From the NCBI GenBank assembly GCA_012800155.1, contig JAAZJX010000069.1, positions 1 to 58,642 on the forward strand: 58,642 bases of DNA, in the 5' to 3' direction. Position numbers and translations under genes: made by a program. The notes beneath the pieces are model-generated. The model ran no database searches. It was given only the letters and a program-made list of their open reading frames with translations, and was not told the origin of the DNA. This DNA is from Candidatus Magasanikiibacteriota bacterium. GTDB lineage: Bacteria; Patescibacteriota; Patescibacteriia; Magasanikbacterales; UBA922. Every line of letters begins with the position of its first letter. Positions within the stretch are counted from its first letter, which is position 1. Below are positions 17,453 to 29,305 of the stretch, piece by piece.

Positions 17453-18940
17453 ATGAAAAACTATTATATTACCACTACTTTGCCGTATGTAAATGCTGAA
17501 CCACACATTGGTTTTGCTTTGGAAATTATTCAGGCAGATGTTTTGGCTCGCTATCATCGTTTATTAGGAAAAAATGTAGTATTTAATTTTGGCACTGATG
17601 AACATGGTTTGAAAATTTATCGAAAGGCTTTGGAATTAGGAATTGAGCCACAAAAATATTGTGATGAATACGCTGTTAAATTTGATGCTTTGAAACAAGC
17701 GCTTAATTTAAGTTACACTCATTTTATTCGGACAACTGATAAGTATCATAAAAAAGCAGCTCAAGAATTTTGGAAATTATGTGAAAAAAATGGTGATATT
17801 TATAAAAAAAATTATAGTGTTAAATATTGTGTAGGTTGTGAATTAGAAAAAACTGATTCTGAGTTAGTTGATGGTAAATGTCCAGTTCATCCTAATTTAG
17901 TTTTAGAATTAATTGAAGAAGAAAATTATTTTTTTAAATTTTCTAAATATCAAAAATCTTTATTAAAATTATACAAAGATAATCCAAATTTTATTATACC
18001 TCAGAATAGACAATTAGAAATTAAAAATTTTGTGGAACGAGGTTTAGAAGATTTTAGTATTTCTCGTTTGAAAAATAAGATGCCTTGGGGTGTGGAAGTT
18101 CCAGGAGATGAAAGTCAAGTAATGTATGTTTGGTTTGACGCTTTAATAAATTATATTTCAACTCTTGGTTGGCCAGAAAATAAAAATAATTTTGAAAAAA
18201 ATTGGCCAGGAGTACAAGTGGCGGGAAAAGATAATCTTCGTCAGCAAGCAGCTATGTGGCAAGCTATGCTTATCTCAGCTGGTTTACCAAATTCAAAACA
18301 AATTTTTATTCATGGGTTTATTACTGCTGAAGGAAAAAAGATGAGTAAAAGTTTAGGTAATGTGATAGAGCCATATAAAATTGTAGAAAAATATGGTACT
18401 GATGCTGTGCGTTATTATTTACTTGGCGCTATGCCAGCTTATGAAGACGGTGATTTTAGTATTCAAAGATTTGAAGAATTTTATACTGCTCATCTTGTAA
18501 ATGGTATAGGTAATTTAACTAGTAGAATTTTAACAATGTTAGAAAAGTATTCAGAATCAAAAATTCCTCAAGTGGAAAATGTGAATTGGGAAATAGAAAA
18601 TTTTTGGATAAAATATAATAAATATTTAAGTGAATATAAATTTGAAGAAGTGGTTAATTTAATAAATAAATTTGTTGCAGAATTAGACAGTTTTATTTCT
18701 ACACAAAAACCTTGGGAAAAAGTAAAAGCTGGTGAAGATATTTCTGGTTTACTTTATCAATTAGCCGAAGGTTTGCGTCAGATTGCCGTAGCATTATTGC
18801 CAATTATTCCTGAAACTGCGGAAAAGATTTTGAAACAGTTAAACACAACTGAATTGTCTCATGACTGGGGAAAATTGTCAGAAGGTGGTATAATAAATAA
18901 AGGAGGAATATTATTTTCAAGATTAGAAAATAATATATAA
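17453..18940 (+). CDS. metG: Methionine--tRNA ligase (short form, no C-terminal tRNA-binding appendage)
   Basis: A HIGH-like motif (NAEPHIGF), a zinc knuckle (CVGCE..CPVH), and KMSKS. Confidence 0.95.
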   Translation: MKNYYITTTLPYVNAEPHIGFALEIIQADVLARYHRLLGKNVVFNFGTDEHGLKIYRKALELGIEPQKYCDEYAVKFDALKQALNLSYTHFIRTTDKYHKKAAQEFWKLCEKNGDIYKKNYSVKYCVGCELEKTDSELVDGKCPVHPNLVLELIEEENYFFKFSKYQKSLLKLYKDNPNFIIPQNRQLEIKNFVERGLEDFSISRLKNKMPWGVEVPGDESQVMYVWFDALINYISTLGWPENKNNFEKNWPGVQVAGKDNLRQQAAMWQAMLISAGLPNSKQIFIHGFITAEGKKMSKSLGNVIEPYKIVEKYGTDAVRYYLLGAMPAYEDGDFSIQRFEEFYTAHLVNGIGNLTSRILTMLEKYSESKIPQVENVNWEIENFWIKYNKYLSEYKFEEVVNLINKFVAELDSFISTQKPWEKVKAGEDISGLLYQLAEGLRQIAVALLPIIPETAEKILKQLNTTELSHDWGKLSEGGIINKGGILFSRLENNI

Positions 18941-18965
18941 TTTTAAATTTTAAATTATAAGACAT

Positions 18966-19511
18966 ATGTCTTTATTTGATATCATTCTTCTCATAATTAT
19001 TAGTGGGTTTGCAATGTTTGGTTTTTGGTTTGGTTTAGTTCATACTATTGGATCTTTGGTTGGAACAATTATTGGAGCTTATGTGGCTAGCAGATATTAT
19101 GAACCAATGGCAAGTTGGTTAGTAAATATTACAGGTTGGGAAAGTAATTTTTCCAAAGTTCTTATGTTTATTATTACTTTTGTAGTGGTAAATAGATTGA
19201 TAGGTTTTGGATTTTGGATTTTAGATAAGGCAACTAGTTTTATTACAAAAATGCCATTTTTAAATTCACTTAATAGATTTTTAGGTATTATTATTGGTTT
19301 ATTTGAAGGAGTGATTACATTAGGTTTAATATTTTATTTTATAGAACGTATTCCATTATCTGATCAATTTATGGGATGGATGGCTGCTTCTAAGTTTGTT
19401 CCTTTTTTAGTTAATTCTGCAGCAATTTTAATTCCACTTTTGCCCGAAGCTTTAAAAATGCTTCGTTCTACTGTAGATTATGTTCAAGATATTGTTGTTT
19501 CTAATTTATGA
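18966..19511 (+). CDS. cvpA: CvpA-family integral membrane protein
   Basis: A 4-TM protein with the typical N-terminus DIILLIIISGFAMFGFWFGLV. Overlaps tatD by 4 nt (ATGA). Confidence 0.65.
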   Translation: MSLFDIILLIIISGFAMFGFWFGLVHTIGSLVGTIIGAYVASRYYEPMASWLVNITGWESNFSKVLMFIITFVVVNRLIGFGFWILDKATSFITKMPFLNSLNRFLGIIIGLFEGVITLGLIFYFIERIPLSDQFMGWMAASKFVPFLVNSAAILIPLLPEALKMLRSTVDYVQDIVVSNL

Positions 19512-20377
19512 TTGATACCCATTGTCATATACAATTTCAAGGATATAAGGATGACCGTGATGAGGTCATTCTTCGTTGTATAAAAAAAGGATTGATCATG
19601 AATACGATTGGCACACAAAAAGAAACTAGTAGATTAGCAGTAGAAATAGCAGAAAAATATAATAATATTTATGCAACAATTGGACTTCATCCTGTGCATC
19701 TTTTTGCTACTCAGGTTGATGAAGAAGAATCAAAATTTTTGTCTCATGAAGAAGATTTTGATGAAAAATATTATTTAAATTTAGCAAAATCAAAAAAAGT
19801 AATTGGAGTGGGGGAATGCGGTTTAGATTTTTTTCATTTACCAAATAATATAGATTTTAAAATTATTTTAGAAAAACAAAAAAAAGTTTTTATTCAACAA
19901 TTTAAATTTGCTCAAAAAAATAATTTAACTTTGGTAGTTCATACTAGAGATTCTGAGCCGGATAAAAATTTACCAAAAGCTTATGATGAAATGGCAAAAT
20001 TATTAGCAAAACTTATAAAAAAATATGGTAAGATAAAAGGAGTGATTCATTGTTATTCTGGAAATTGGATACAAGCTAAAAAATTTTTAGATTTAGGATT
20101 TTATCTTGGTTTTACTGGAATAATTACTTTTCCACCGCGTAAAACTAATCCTCAACCAACTTTGGATTTATTAGAAGTAGTAAAAAATTGTCCATTGGAT
20201 AAAATAGTGGTAGAAACAGATGCTCCTTATCTAGCTCCTCAATTATATCGTGGTAAAAAATGTGAACCTTGGATGGTAGAAGAAGTAGTTAAAGAAATAG
20301 CTAAAATAAGAGGAAAAAGTGTTGAAGAAATAATTAAAATTACAGATGATAATGCCAAAAAATTATTTAATATTTAA
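19508..20377 (+). CDS. tatD: TatD-family metal-dependent hydrolase/DNase
   Basis: IDTHCHI, GECGLD, VVHTRD, HCYSG and ETDAPYL motifs. Confidence 0.9.
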   Translation: MIDTHCHIQFQGYKDDRDEVILRCIKKGLIMNTIGTQKETSRLAVEIAEKYNNIYATIGLHPVHLFATQVDEEESKFLSHEEDFDEKYYLNLAKSKKVIGVGECGLDFFHLPNNIDFKIILEKQKKVFIQQFKFAQKNNLTLVVHTRDSEPDKNLPKAYDEMAKLLAKLIKKYGKIKGVIHCYSGNWIQAKKFLDLGFYLGFTGIITFPPRKTNPQPTLDLLEVVKNCPLDKIVVETDAPYLAPQLYRGKKCEPWMVEEVVKEIAKIRGKSVEEIIKITDDNAKKLFNI

Positions 20378-20404
20378 AAAAGAGCTTAAAAAAGCTCTTT
20401 TTTA
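20376..20404 (+). terminator. Intrinsic terminator after tatD
   Basis: aaaaagagctt-aaaa-aagctcttttt. Confidence 0.7.
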
Positions 20405-20436
20405 TATTTTTATGCACAATCTAAATAAAAAAATAG

Positions 20437-20465
20437 TTGACGAAAGTCTAATAATCAGTTAAAAT
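20437..20465 (+). promoter_or_regulatory. Sigma-70-type promoter of the atp operon: TTGACG - 17 nt - TAAAAT
   Basis: ttgacg (20437..20442), a 17-nt spacer, then taaaat (20460..20465). Confidence 0.6.
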
Positions 20466-20502
20466 ATTGTCGTTAATCAAATATCTTTTTAAATTTTAAA
20501 AT

Positions 20503-20769
20503 ATGGCTTTATTGCCTTCTAATCCTAGAGAAAGAAAATACATGTTGATGGGTTTTAGAATAGTGGGAGATTTTGGGGCGAGTATTGCTATTCCTGTGGT
20601 AGTGTTTGTTATTATTGGTCAGTGGTTGGATGGAAAATATCAGACTCAGCCATATTTTACGATTGGAGCTTTTGTTTTAGCAGCGTTAGTTTCTGGAAGA
20701 CTTATTTATAAAAAAGCTAAAAATTACGGAAAAGAATATCATGAATTAGGTAAAGAAAAAAATAAATAA
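20503..20769 (+). CDS. AtpZ/AtpI-like small membrane protein of the ATP synthase operon
   Basis: An 88-aa 2-TM protein, first gene of the atp operon. Confidence 0.7.
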   Translation: MALLPSNPRERKYMLMGFRIVGDFGASIAIPVVVFVIIGQWLDGKYQTQPYFTIGAFVLAALVSGRLIYKKAKNYGKEYHELGKEKNK

Positions 20770-20774
20770 TAATT

Positions 20775-21605
20775 ATGAGTGGCGAAATTCACATTCCAAC
20801 TTTAGCACCAGAGACCTTGTTTCATATAGGAAATATTAGTATTACCAATACAATGATAAATGCTTGGATTGCTATAATTATTTTTTTAATATTAGGTATT
20901 TTAATAAAAAGAAAAATAGCTCTTCGACCGGGAAAATTACAAAATTGGTGTGAATATTTTTTAGATTTAATATTAGGTTATTTTGATCAGGTTACAGGAG
21001 ACAGAAAAAAAACTATTAAATTTTTACCAATAGTTGGATCTGTCTTCTTTTTTATTTTACTTTCTAATTGGATTGGTCTTTTACCAGGGACTGGAAGTAT
21101 TACTTATGGTCACAATATGTTGCTTCGTCCAGCTAATACTGATTTAAATTTAACTTTGGCAATGTCTTTAGTAGCAGTACTTTCTTCACATATTTTTGCT
21201 TTTTTTAGTATTGGATTTTTTACCCAAATTGGAAAATTTATTCAAATTAAAAATATTATCAAAAGTATACCAAAAGGTCCAATTGCTATTTTTACTGCTC
21301 TAATTGAGTTTATGGTTGGTATTATAGAAATTGCCTCAGAAGTTGCTAAAGTTTTATCTTTATCTCTTCGTTTGTTTGGTAATATTTTTGCAGGAGAGGT
21401 TTTGATTACAGTAATTTCTGCTTTGATAGCTGCTGTTGTTCCAACACCATTTATGTTATTAGAATTATTAGTTGGATTAATTCAAGCTTCAGTATTTGCA
21501 ATGCTGACTATTGTTTATTTAACAGTTGCTGGTTCAGCTCCTCATGGCGAGGAACATCATGAAGAAGTTCATGAAGTTTTAAAAGAACCTGTAAAGGTAA
21601 AATAA
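20775..21605 (+). CDS. atpB: F0F1 ATP synthase subunit a
   Basis: The conserved LSLRLFGNIFAGE segment with the essential Arg, in a polytopic protein. His/Glu-rich C-terminal tail. Confidence 0.95.
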   Translation: MSGEIHIPTLAPETLFHIGNISITNTMINAWIAIIIFLILGILIKRKIALRPGKLQNWCEYFLDLILGYFDQVTGDRKKTIKFLPIVGSVFFFILLSNWIGLLPGTGSITYGHNMLLRPANTDLNLTLAMSLVAVLSSHIFAFFSIGFFTQIGKFIQIKNIIKSIPKGPIAIFTALIEFMVGIIEIASEVAKVLSLSLRLFGNIFAGEVLITVISALIAAVVPTPFMLLELLVGLIQASVFAMLTIVYLTVAGSAPHGEEHHEEVHEVLKEPVKVK

Positions 21606-21683
21606 GTAGTAAAGAATAAAAAGTAAATTTTATTTTTTATTCTTTACTCCTTGTGAAGAGTAGAGGTATTCAAGGTGAGGTAA

Positions 21684-21977
<294 letters not shown>

Positions 21978-22036
21978 TTTCTTACACTGGGTCAATTTTG
22001 GTCCAGTGAATAGATATTATTTTAAAATTTATAATT

Positions 22037-22633
22037 ATGAATATAATAAACACAGTTTATGCTAGCAATGAATCAGTTTCAGAAACTGAAGTTTTAGCTA
22101 CGGAAACTTATACAACCACAGGACATGGAGAAGAAACAAGTGGAGTAGTAGCTTCTTTGGGTATTAATGCTCAACTTTTTGTATTTCAGCTTTTGAATTT
22201 TGCTATCGTAGCTGCTATTTTGTGGTTTTTAATTTTAAAACCATTAACTAAAAAGTTAGAGGATAGAAAGAAAATTATTAATGATAGTTTGGATAAAGCT
22301 CAAGAAGTAGAAACAAACTTAACAATGAGCCAACAAAAATTTCAAGAAAAGATTGATGAAGCCAAAGTTGAAGCCAATAAAATTATTGAAAAAGCTTATG
22401 CTGATAGTGAAAAATTGAGTGAAGAAATGAAAAATAAAGCTAAAAAAGAAATTGAACTATTAGTTGATCAAGCTAAGCGTAATATTCAAATTGAGAAAGA
22501 AGAGACTATTCAAGGTTTAAAAAATGAAACTGTAAATTTAATTATAGCCGTTGTAGAAAAAGTTTTGAATGAAAAAATTACAGATAAAAAAGATCGAGAA
22601 TTGATTGAAGATTCATTGAAAAATATTAAATAA
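22037..22633 (+). CDS. atpF: F0F1 ATP synthase subunit b
   Basis: A single TM helix (LLNFAIVAAILWFLILKPL) followed by a long charged coiled coil. Operon position fits. Confidence 0.9.
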   Translation: MNIINTVYASNESVSETEVLATETYTTTGHGEETSGVVASLGINAQLFVFQLLNFAIVAAILWFLILKPLTKKLEDRKKIINDSLDKAQEVETNLTMSQQKFQEKIDEAKVEANKIIEKAYADSEKLSEEMKNKAKKEIELLVDQAKRNIQIEKEETIQGLKNETVNLIIAVVEKVLNEKITDKKDRELIEDSLKNIK

Positions 22634-22638
22634 TTTTT

Positions 22639-23019
22639 ATGAAAAAAAGCAATAAACAATTTGCTGAAGCTTTGTATAAGGTTACTAAAAGTTTAAAAGA
22701 TAAAGATTTAGAAAGAGTTTTATTTAATTTTGCAAAATTATTAGTTCGTTCTCATAAATTAAAGCAAGCGGAGAGGATTATAGAAGAATATATAAAATAT
22801 GCAAAAAAACAAGAAGGTGTGAAAGAAATAGAAATTACTTCTGCTCATAAATTAGATCAAGAAACTATTGACAAGATAAAACAAGTTTTTGGAGATAAAG
22901 TTAATGAACAACAAATTATTGATAAAAATATTTTAGGTGGAGTGAGTATTAAGCTAGAAGACAAGATTTTGGATGCAACTATTAAAACTCAATTAAAACA
23001 ATTAAAAAATGCATTATAA
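22639..23019 (+). CDS. atpH: F0F1 ATP synthase subunit delta (short, 126 aa)
   Basis: Positioned between atpF and atpA. The C-terminal LGGVSIKLEDKILDATIKTQL matches the delta/OSCP C-terminus. Confidence 0.8.
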   Translation: MKKSNKQFAEALYKVTKSLKDKDLERVLFNFAKLLVRSHKLKQAERIIEEYIKYAKKQEGVKEIEITSAHKLDQETIDKIKQVFGDKVNEQQIIDKNILGGVSIKLEDKILDATIKTQLKQLKNAL

Positions 23020-23043
23020 TTAATAATCAAATTTTATAAACAT

Positions 23044-24531
23044 ATGTCTACAAATCAGATAGTTGAAGAATTAAAAAAACATATTTCTCAATTTGAAAAA
23101 GTTATTGAGGTGGAGGAAATTGGTACAGTCGTAGAAGTTGGCGATGGTATTGCTCGTATGACTGGATTGACCAAAAGTCAATATCAAGAAATGTTGGAAT
23201 TTTCAAATGGAGTTTTTGGAGTAGTTTTGAATTTAGAAGAAGAAACTGTTGGAGCGGTTATTCTTGGTGATTACAAAGGTATTAAAGAAGGGGACACAGT
23301 AAAAAGAACTGGTCGTATTTTGTCAGTTCCAGTTGGAGAGCAAATGATCGGTAGAGTAGTAAATGCTTTAGGTCAAGCTATTGATGGAAAAGATGAAATT
23401 AAAACTGATAAATTTTATCCAGTAGAAAAAATTGCTCCTGGTGTTATGACTCGTCAATCAGTTGATCAGCCAGTACAAACAGGTATTAAAGCTATTGATG
23501 CAATGATTCCAATTGGTCGTGGTCAGCGCGAACTTATTATTGGTGATCGTCAAACTGGTAAAACCGCGATTGCGATTGATACCATTATCAATCAAAAAGG
23601 TCAAAACATGAAATGTATTTATGTAGCAGTTGGTCAAAAAGAATCTAAAATCGCTCGTATTGTAGCTAAATTAGAAGAAACTGGAGCTATGGAATATACC
23701 ACAGTTGTTGTTGCTGGCGCTTCTGATCCTGCTTCTATGTCTATGTTTGCACCTTATTCAGGAGTAGCAATGGCTGAATATTTTGCTGATCAAGGTCAAG
23801 ATGTTTTAATTGTTTATGATGATTTAACTAAACAAGCTTGGGCTTATCGTGAAATTTCTTTGCTACTTCGTCGTCCGCCAGGAAGAGAAGCTTATCCGGG
23901 CGATGTATTTTATTTACATTCACGCTTACTAGAACGCGCTTGTCGTCTAAATAAAGAAAATGGTGGTGGTTCAATTACAGCTTTACCAATTATTGAAACT
24001 CAAGCTGGAGATGTAACTGCTTATATTCCAACTAATGTAATTTCTATTACTGATGGACAGATTTTTTTGGAAACAGATTTGTTTTATCGCGGTGTTCGTC
24101 CAGCTTTAAATGTAGGTATTTCTGTGTCTCGTGTAGGTGGTTCTGCTCAAATTAAACCAATGAAAAAAGTAGCAGGTAAATTAAAATTGGCTATGGCTCA
24201 ATTTCGTGAATTAGAAGCTTTTGCTCAATTATCGTCAGATTTGGATCCAGAAACAAAGAAACAAATTGATTTAGGAAGAAGAATGACAGAATTGTTAAAA
24301 CAAGGTCAATATTCTCCAATGTCTGTGGAAGATCAGGTAGCAATTATTTATGCTGTCAGTAATGAATATTTTAATAAATTTGAAGTAAATGCAATTAAAG
24401 AAGCTGAAAAACAATTTCTTGATTTTATGCATAAAAATAAAAAAATTTTATTGGATAAAATTGCTAAAGGAGAATGGGATGAAGTTATTGAATCAGAACT
24501 TAAATCTGCTTGTGAAGAATTTATTAAGTAA
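23044..24531 (+). CDS. atpA: F0F1 ATP synthase subunit alpha
   Basis: Walker A (GDRQTGKT), plus [42 protein letters not shown]. Confidence 0.98.
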   Translation: MSTNQIVEELKKHISQFEKVIEVEEIGTVVEVGDGIARMTGLTKSQYQEMLEFSNGVFGVVLNLEEETVGAVILGDYKGIKEGDTVKRTGRILSVPVGEQMIGRVVNALGQAIDGKDEIKTDKFYPVEKIAPGVMTRQSVDQPVQTGIKAIDAMIPIGRGQRELIIGDRQTGKTAIAIDTIINQKGQNMKCIYVAVGQKESKIARIVAKLEETGAMEYTTVVVAGASDPASMSMFAPYSGVAMAEYFADQGQDVLIVYDDLTKQAWAYREISLLLRRPPGREAYPGDVFYLHSRLLERACRLNKENGGGSITALPIIETQAGDVTAYIPTNVISITDGQIFLETDLFYRGVRPALNVGISVSRVGGSAQIKPMKKVAGKLKLAMAQFRELEAFAQLSSDLDPETKKQIDLGRRMTELLKQGQYSPMSVEDQVAIIYAVSNEYFNKFEVNAIKEAEKQFLDFMHKNKKILLDKIAKGEWDEVIESELKSACEEFIK

Positions 24532-24595
24532 ATTAAAATTATTAAATAAAATTTAATTTTCAATATTAAAAATTATAAATTGAAAATTCATTATT

Positions 24596-25567
24596 ATGTC
24601 AGTTAATACCAAAGCGATAAAACGAAGAATAAAATCTGTTGGCTCAACTCATAAAATTACTAAGGCTATGCAAATGATTTCGGCTGTAAAAATGAGAAAA
24701 GCAGTTGATTCAGCTATAAATACTCGTACTTATGCTACATTAGCTTGGGATTTATTAGTAAAATTATCAAAAACTAAAAAGAAAGAACTTCCTTTATTAG
24801 ATGCTAGACAAGTAAAAAAATTATTAATAATAATGATCACCTCTAATCGTGGTTTGTGTGGAAGTTTTAATGCTAATATTATCAAAAAAACAGCTGAACA
24901 ACTGAATAATCCAATAAATATTGGTCGACAGAGAGTAGAAAATACTTTTTTAGAACCAAGTTCTGAAATGATAGTTGATGTAATTGGAATTGGTAAAAAA
25001 GGTGCTGATTTTGCCAAAAAAATGAATTATAATTTAATTGCTTCTTTTTCTGATTTTTCTGATACTCCAACTTTAAATGATGTTTTGCCGATTAGTCGAA
25101 TGGTAATTGAAGCTTATGAAAAAAAACAATATGATAAAGTAGTAGCAGCTTATACAGATTTTAAATCTACTATCAATCAAGTAGCAAAATTTAGACAAGT
25201 ATTGCCAATTTCTGAATTTGATTTAGAAAAAATGTTATTAAGTTTAGGTGATCAAGAACAAGAAAAGCAAAATAAAAAAATGACCAAAGAGCGTGCAGAA
25301 TTTGAATTAGATAATTATCTTTTTGAACCAAACCAAGATCAAGTTTTACAAATCATTTTGCCTAAATTAGTAGAAACTCAAATTTATCAAGCCGTTTTAG
25401 AATCATCAGCTTCTGAACACAGTGCTCGTATGATGGCAATGCAAAATGCTAGTGAGGCTGCTTCGGAAATGATTGGAGAATTAAATTTAATCTATAACAA
25501 AGCTCGTCAGGCTGGTATTACGCAAGAAATTGCGGAAATTGCTGGTGGTGCGGCTGCTTTAGAATAA
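24596..25567 (+). CDS. atpG: F0F1 ATP synthase subunit gamma
   Basis: N-terminal IKRRIKSV..T.KITKAMQMISAVKMRKA and C-terminal ARQAGITQEIAEI.GGAAAL. Confidence 0.95.
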   Translation: MSVNTKAIKRRIKSVGSTHKITKAMQMISAVKMRKAVDSAINTRTYATLAWDLLVKLSKTKKKELPLLDARQVKKLLIIMITSNRGLCGSFNANIIKKTAEQLNNPINIGRQRVENTFLEPSSEMIVDVIGIGKKGADFAKKMNYNLIASFSDFSDTPTLNDVLPISRMVIEAYEKKQYDKVVAAYTDFKSTINQVAKFRQVLPISEFDLEKMLLSLGDQEQEKQNKKMTKERAEFELDNYLFEPNQDQVLQIILPKLVETQIYQAVLESSASEHSARMMAMQNASEAASEMIGELNLIYNKARQAGITQEIAEIAGGAAALE

Positions 25568-25578
25568 TTTATAAATAA

Positions 25579-26970
<1,392 letters not shown>

Positions 26971-26975
26971 TATTT

Positions 26976-27410
26976 ATGAATACTATTCATTTTAAAATTG
27001 CTACTCCAGAAAAAATTATTTATGAAAATGATGTTTTTAAAATTTCTATTCCAACTACTACTGGAGAAATTACTATTTTACCACATCATATTCCTTTAGT
27101 ATCAATTGTTCAGGCAGGTGAATTAAAAGTAACTAGTAAGATGGGAGAACAAATAATTGCTGTTTCTAGTGGGTTTGTAGAAATAAAAGCTAATAATGAA
27201 GTAATTATTTTAGCTGATAATGCTGAACGCGCTGAATTGATTGATATTGAAAGAGCAGAAAAAGCCAGAAAAAGAGCTGAGGAAGAAATGGCTAAGGCTA
27301 GAAGTCAGGAAAATGTTGATTATGCTAAATTACAAGCTGTTATTGATCGCGAGATGAATAGAATTAAAATTGGTAAAAAATATAAAAAAATAAATATTAA
27401 GAATAATTAA
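26976..27410 (+). CDS. atpC: F0F1 ATP synthase subunit epsilon
   Basis: An N-terminal beta-sandwich (TILPHHIPL) and a C-terminal helical hairpin. Last gene of the operon. Confidence 0.9.
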   Translation: MNTIHFKIATPEKIIYENDVFKISIPTTTGEITILPHHIPLVSIVQAGELKVTSKMGEQIIAVSSGFVEIKANNEVIILADNAERAELIDIERAEKARKRAEEEMAKARSQENVDYAKLQAVIDREMNRIKIGKKYKKINIKNN

Positions 27411-27602
27411 TTTTGTTTGAATTATTTTTAAATCTGCATAATATTAAACTTTTTATTTTAGATATTACATAAATTGTGATGTTTATGAAAAGTATAAAAT
27501 TTTTCTAATTTTAATAAAAAACAATTAATATAATCGATTGTTTTTTATTTTAATTATTTATAAATTCTTAAATCATTATAATTAAAATTATAATGTAATT
27601 AA

Positions 27603-28940
27603 ATGATTTTATTAATTAATCTATATATGAAAAAATTAAAATCGTTAATAATTCTTATTTTACAAGTAGTTGTTGTTTCTATAGGTTTGCATTATCTAAG
27701 AAATGCTTTACAAGCTTCAGATAATCATGAAATTAGTTTTGTAATGGTAATGCTTATAGATATTGCATTTTTGGCTGTTTATGCTTCTATGGGTGGTCGT
27801 TTAGCAAGATTATTAGGTTTTGCTCCAATGGCTGGTAAAATAATTATGGGTATTGTAGCTGGTCCAGCTGTTTTAGGTGTTTTACAACCTTATTCTGAGG
27901 GAGTAGAATTAGCTCGTTTAGCAGGTGTTTTATTTATTTTATTTGAAGCAGGTCTTCATTTTGATATGGAATTATTAAAAAAGAATTGGTTTATTTCTAC
28001 TGTCATTGCTTGTGTAGGTGTTTTTATTCCACTTGTTAGTATTGCTTTACTTGGACATTATGTCTTTTCTTTGGCTTGGATGCCAGCAATTTTTTTAGGA
28101 GGTGTTTTTACTGCAACTTCTGTTGGATTGTCAGTTGAAGCTTTAAAAAGAGCTGGTAAATTGGAAACTAATGTAGGTAATAAAATTATTGGCGCAGCAG
28201 TAATTGATGATATTTTAGGTGTTTTAGTTTTGACAATATTGGCAAAATTATCAAATGGTAATTTGGAAATGATGAGTATTGTGTGGATTTTTGTAGCTGT
28301 GGTTGTTTTTTTTGGCGGAGCTTATATACTTTGGAGTTGGGGAGTGGCTGATAAAATTGTTAAATATTTAGAAAGAAATTATGTTGGAAATTCAGAATCA
28401 ATCACTGGTCCTTCAACTCGTTTTTTCTTTGGTGCTTTGATGTTGACAGGCGCTTTAGCTGGGGTAATTGGTTTAGAACCAGTTTTAGGAGCTTTTGGTA
28501 TAGGAGTTGTTTTGTCAAAAGTAGATAATGAAATTAAAGATGAAACTTGGAAAAAAATAGAAGGTTATATGCATATTTTTGTAGGTGGATTTTTAGTAAG
28601 TATTGGTACAATGTTACCACGAGAATCTTTACTTGCTCCAAAAGCTTGGTTTTGGGCAATTATTTTAACATTATTAGCTTTTATTGGAAAATATCTTACA
28701 CGGTATGTTTTAAAAGATAAAGAAGAAGGTAAATTAGTTGGGCTTGCGATGTCAATTCGTGGTGAAGTTGGTTTAGTATTTATTGCTGTAGCTTTAGCTA
28801 ATCATGTTTTAGATGAAGTTACTGCTGCAGCTGGTTTGTTAGCAGTAATTTTGGTTACTGTTTTAGGTGCTATTCTTTTTGAAAAAGAAGTTATGAAACA
28901 AAGTGGGGTAAAAATTGTAAAATCAAAAGATCTTATTTAA
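27603..28940 (+). CDS. Cation:proton antiporter (CPA2 / Kef-NapA type)
   Basis: A protein with about 12 TM helices and the motifs GKIIMGIVAGPAVLG, LFILFEAGLHFD, ATSVGLSV and AAVIDDILGVLVL. The true start may be the ATG at 27627 (MKKLKSL). Confidence 0.85.
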   Translation: MILLINLYMKKLKSLIILILQVVVVSIGLHYLRNALQASDNHEISFVMVMLIDIAFLAVYASMGGRLARLLGFAPMAGKIIMGIVAGPAVLGVLQPYSEGVELARLAGVLFILFEAGLHFDMELLKKNWFISTVIACVGVFIPLVSIALLGHYVFSLAWMPAIFLGGVFTATSVGLSVEALKRAGKLETNVGNKIIGAAVIDDILGVLVLTILAKLSNGNLEMMSIVWIFVAVVVFFGGAYILWSWGVADKIVKYLERNYVGNSESITGPSTRFFFGALMLTGALAGVIGLEPVLGAFGIGVVLSKVDNEIKDETWKKIEGYMHIFVGGFLVSIGTMLPRESLLAPKAWFWAIILTLLAFIGKYLTRYVLKDKEEGKLVGLAMSIRGEVGLVFIAVALANHVLDEVTAAAGLLAVILVTVLGAILFEKEVMKQSGVKIVKSKDLI

Positions 28941-29054
28941 AAGAATAATAAATTAATATTTTTTTGAAGCTATTTTATTGTGTATAATTATTATTTATTT
29001 TCTAGTTAATTTAGCCAAAAAATATCTTGTTAAAAATATTTTTTAAAAAAATAC

Positions 29055-29083
29055 TTGACTAAAAAATTATTTTTTAAGATAAT
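29055..29083 (+). promoter_or_regulatory. Candidate promoter: TTGACT - 17 nt - GATAAT, upstream of the 43-aa ORF
   Basis: ttgact (29055..29060) and gataat (29078..29083). The context is AT-rich, so a chance match is possible. Confidence 0.4.
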
Positions 29084-29172
29084 ATAGATATTAATTAAAT
29101 AATTTTAAAATTTAAAAATTTTTGATTATTGATATAATTATTAGATAATAATTTTTTATAAATTAAATAAAT

Positions 29173-29304
29173 ATGTTTTGTCCATATTGTGACGCAGTAT
29201 TATTAGAAGATGAAATTTGTCCAAAATGTGGAGGTTGTGCTGATTGTTGTGTTTGTTATGAAAATGAAGATGATGAAGAAAAAGATGATTTAGATGAACA
29301 ATAA
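29173..29304 (+). CDS. Small Cys-rich zinc-ribbon-like protein with acidic tail (43 aa), not in ORF track
   Basis: My translation is MFCPYCDAVLLEDEICPKCGGCADCCVCYENEDDEEKDDLDEQ*. It has 8 Cys in the first 28 residues, including CPxC..CPxC. The stop is followed 1 nt later by a terminator hairpin. Confidence 0.5.
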   Translation: MFCPYCDAVLLEDEICPKCGGCADCCVCYENEDDEEKDDLDEQ

Positions 29305-29305
29305 T

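Noticed and set aside
27411-29172. tRNA, rRNA, CRISPR or other RNA genes in the larger AT-rich gaps (27411..27602 and 28941..29172)
   Set aside because: There are no cloverleaf-compatible G/C stems, no repeat-spacer periodicity and no rRNA-like conserved blocks. The gaps look like promoter and terminator DNA.
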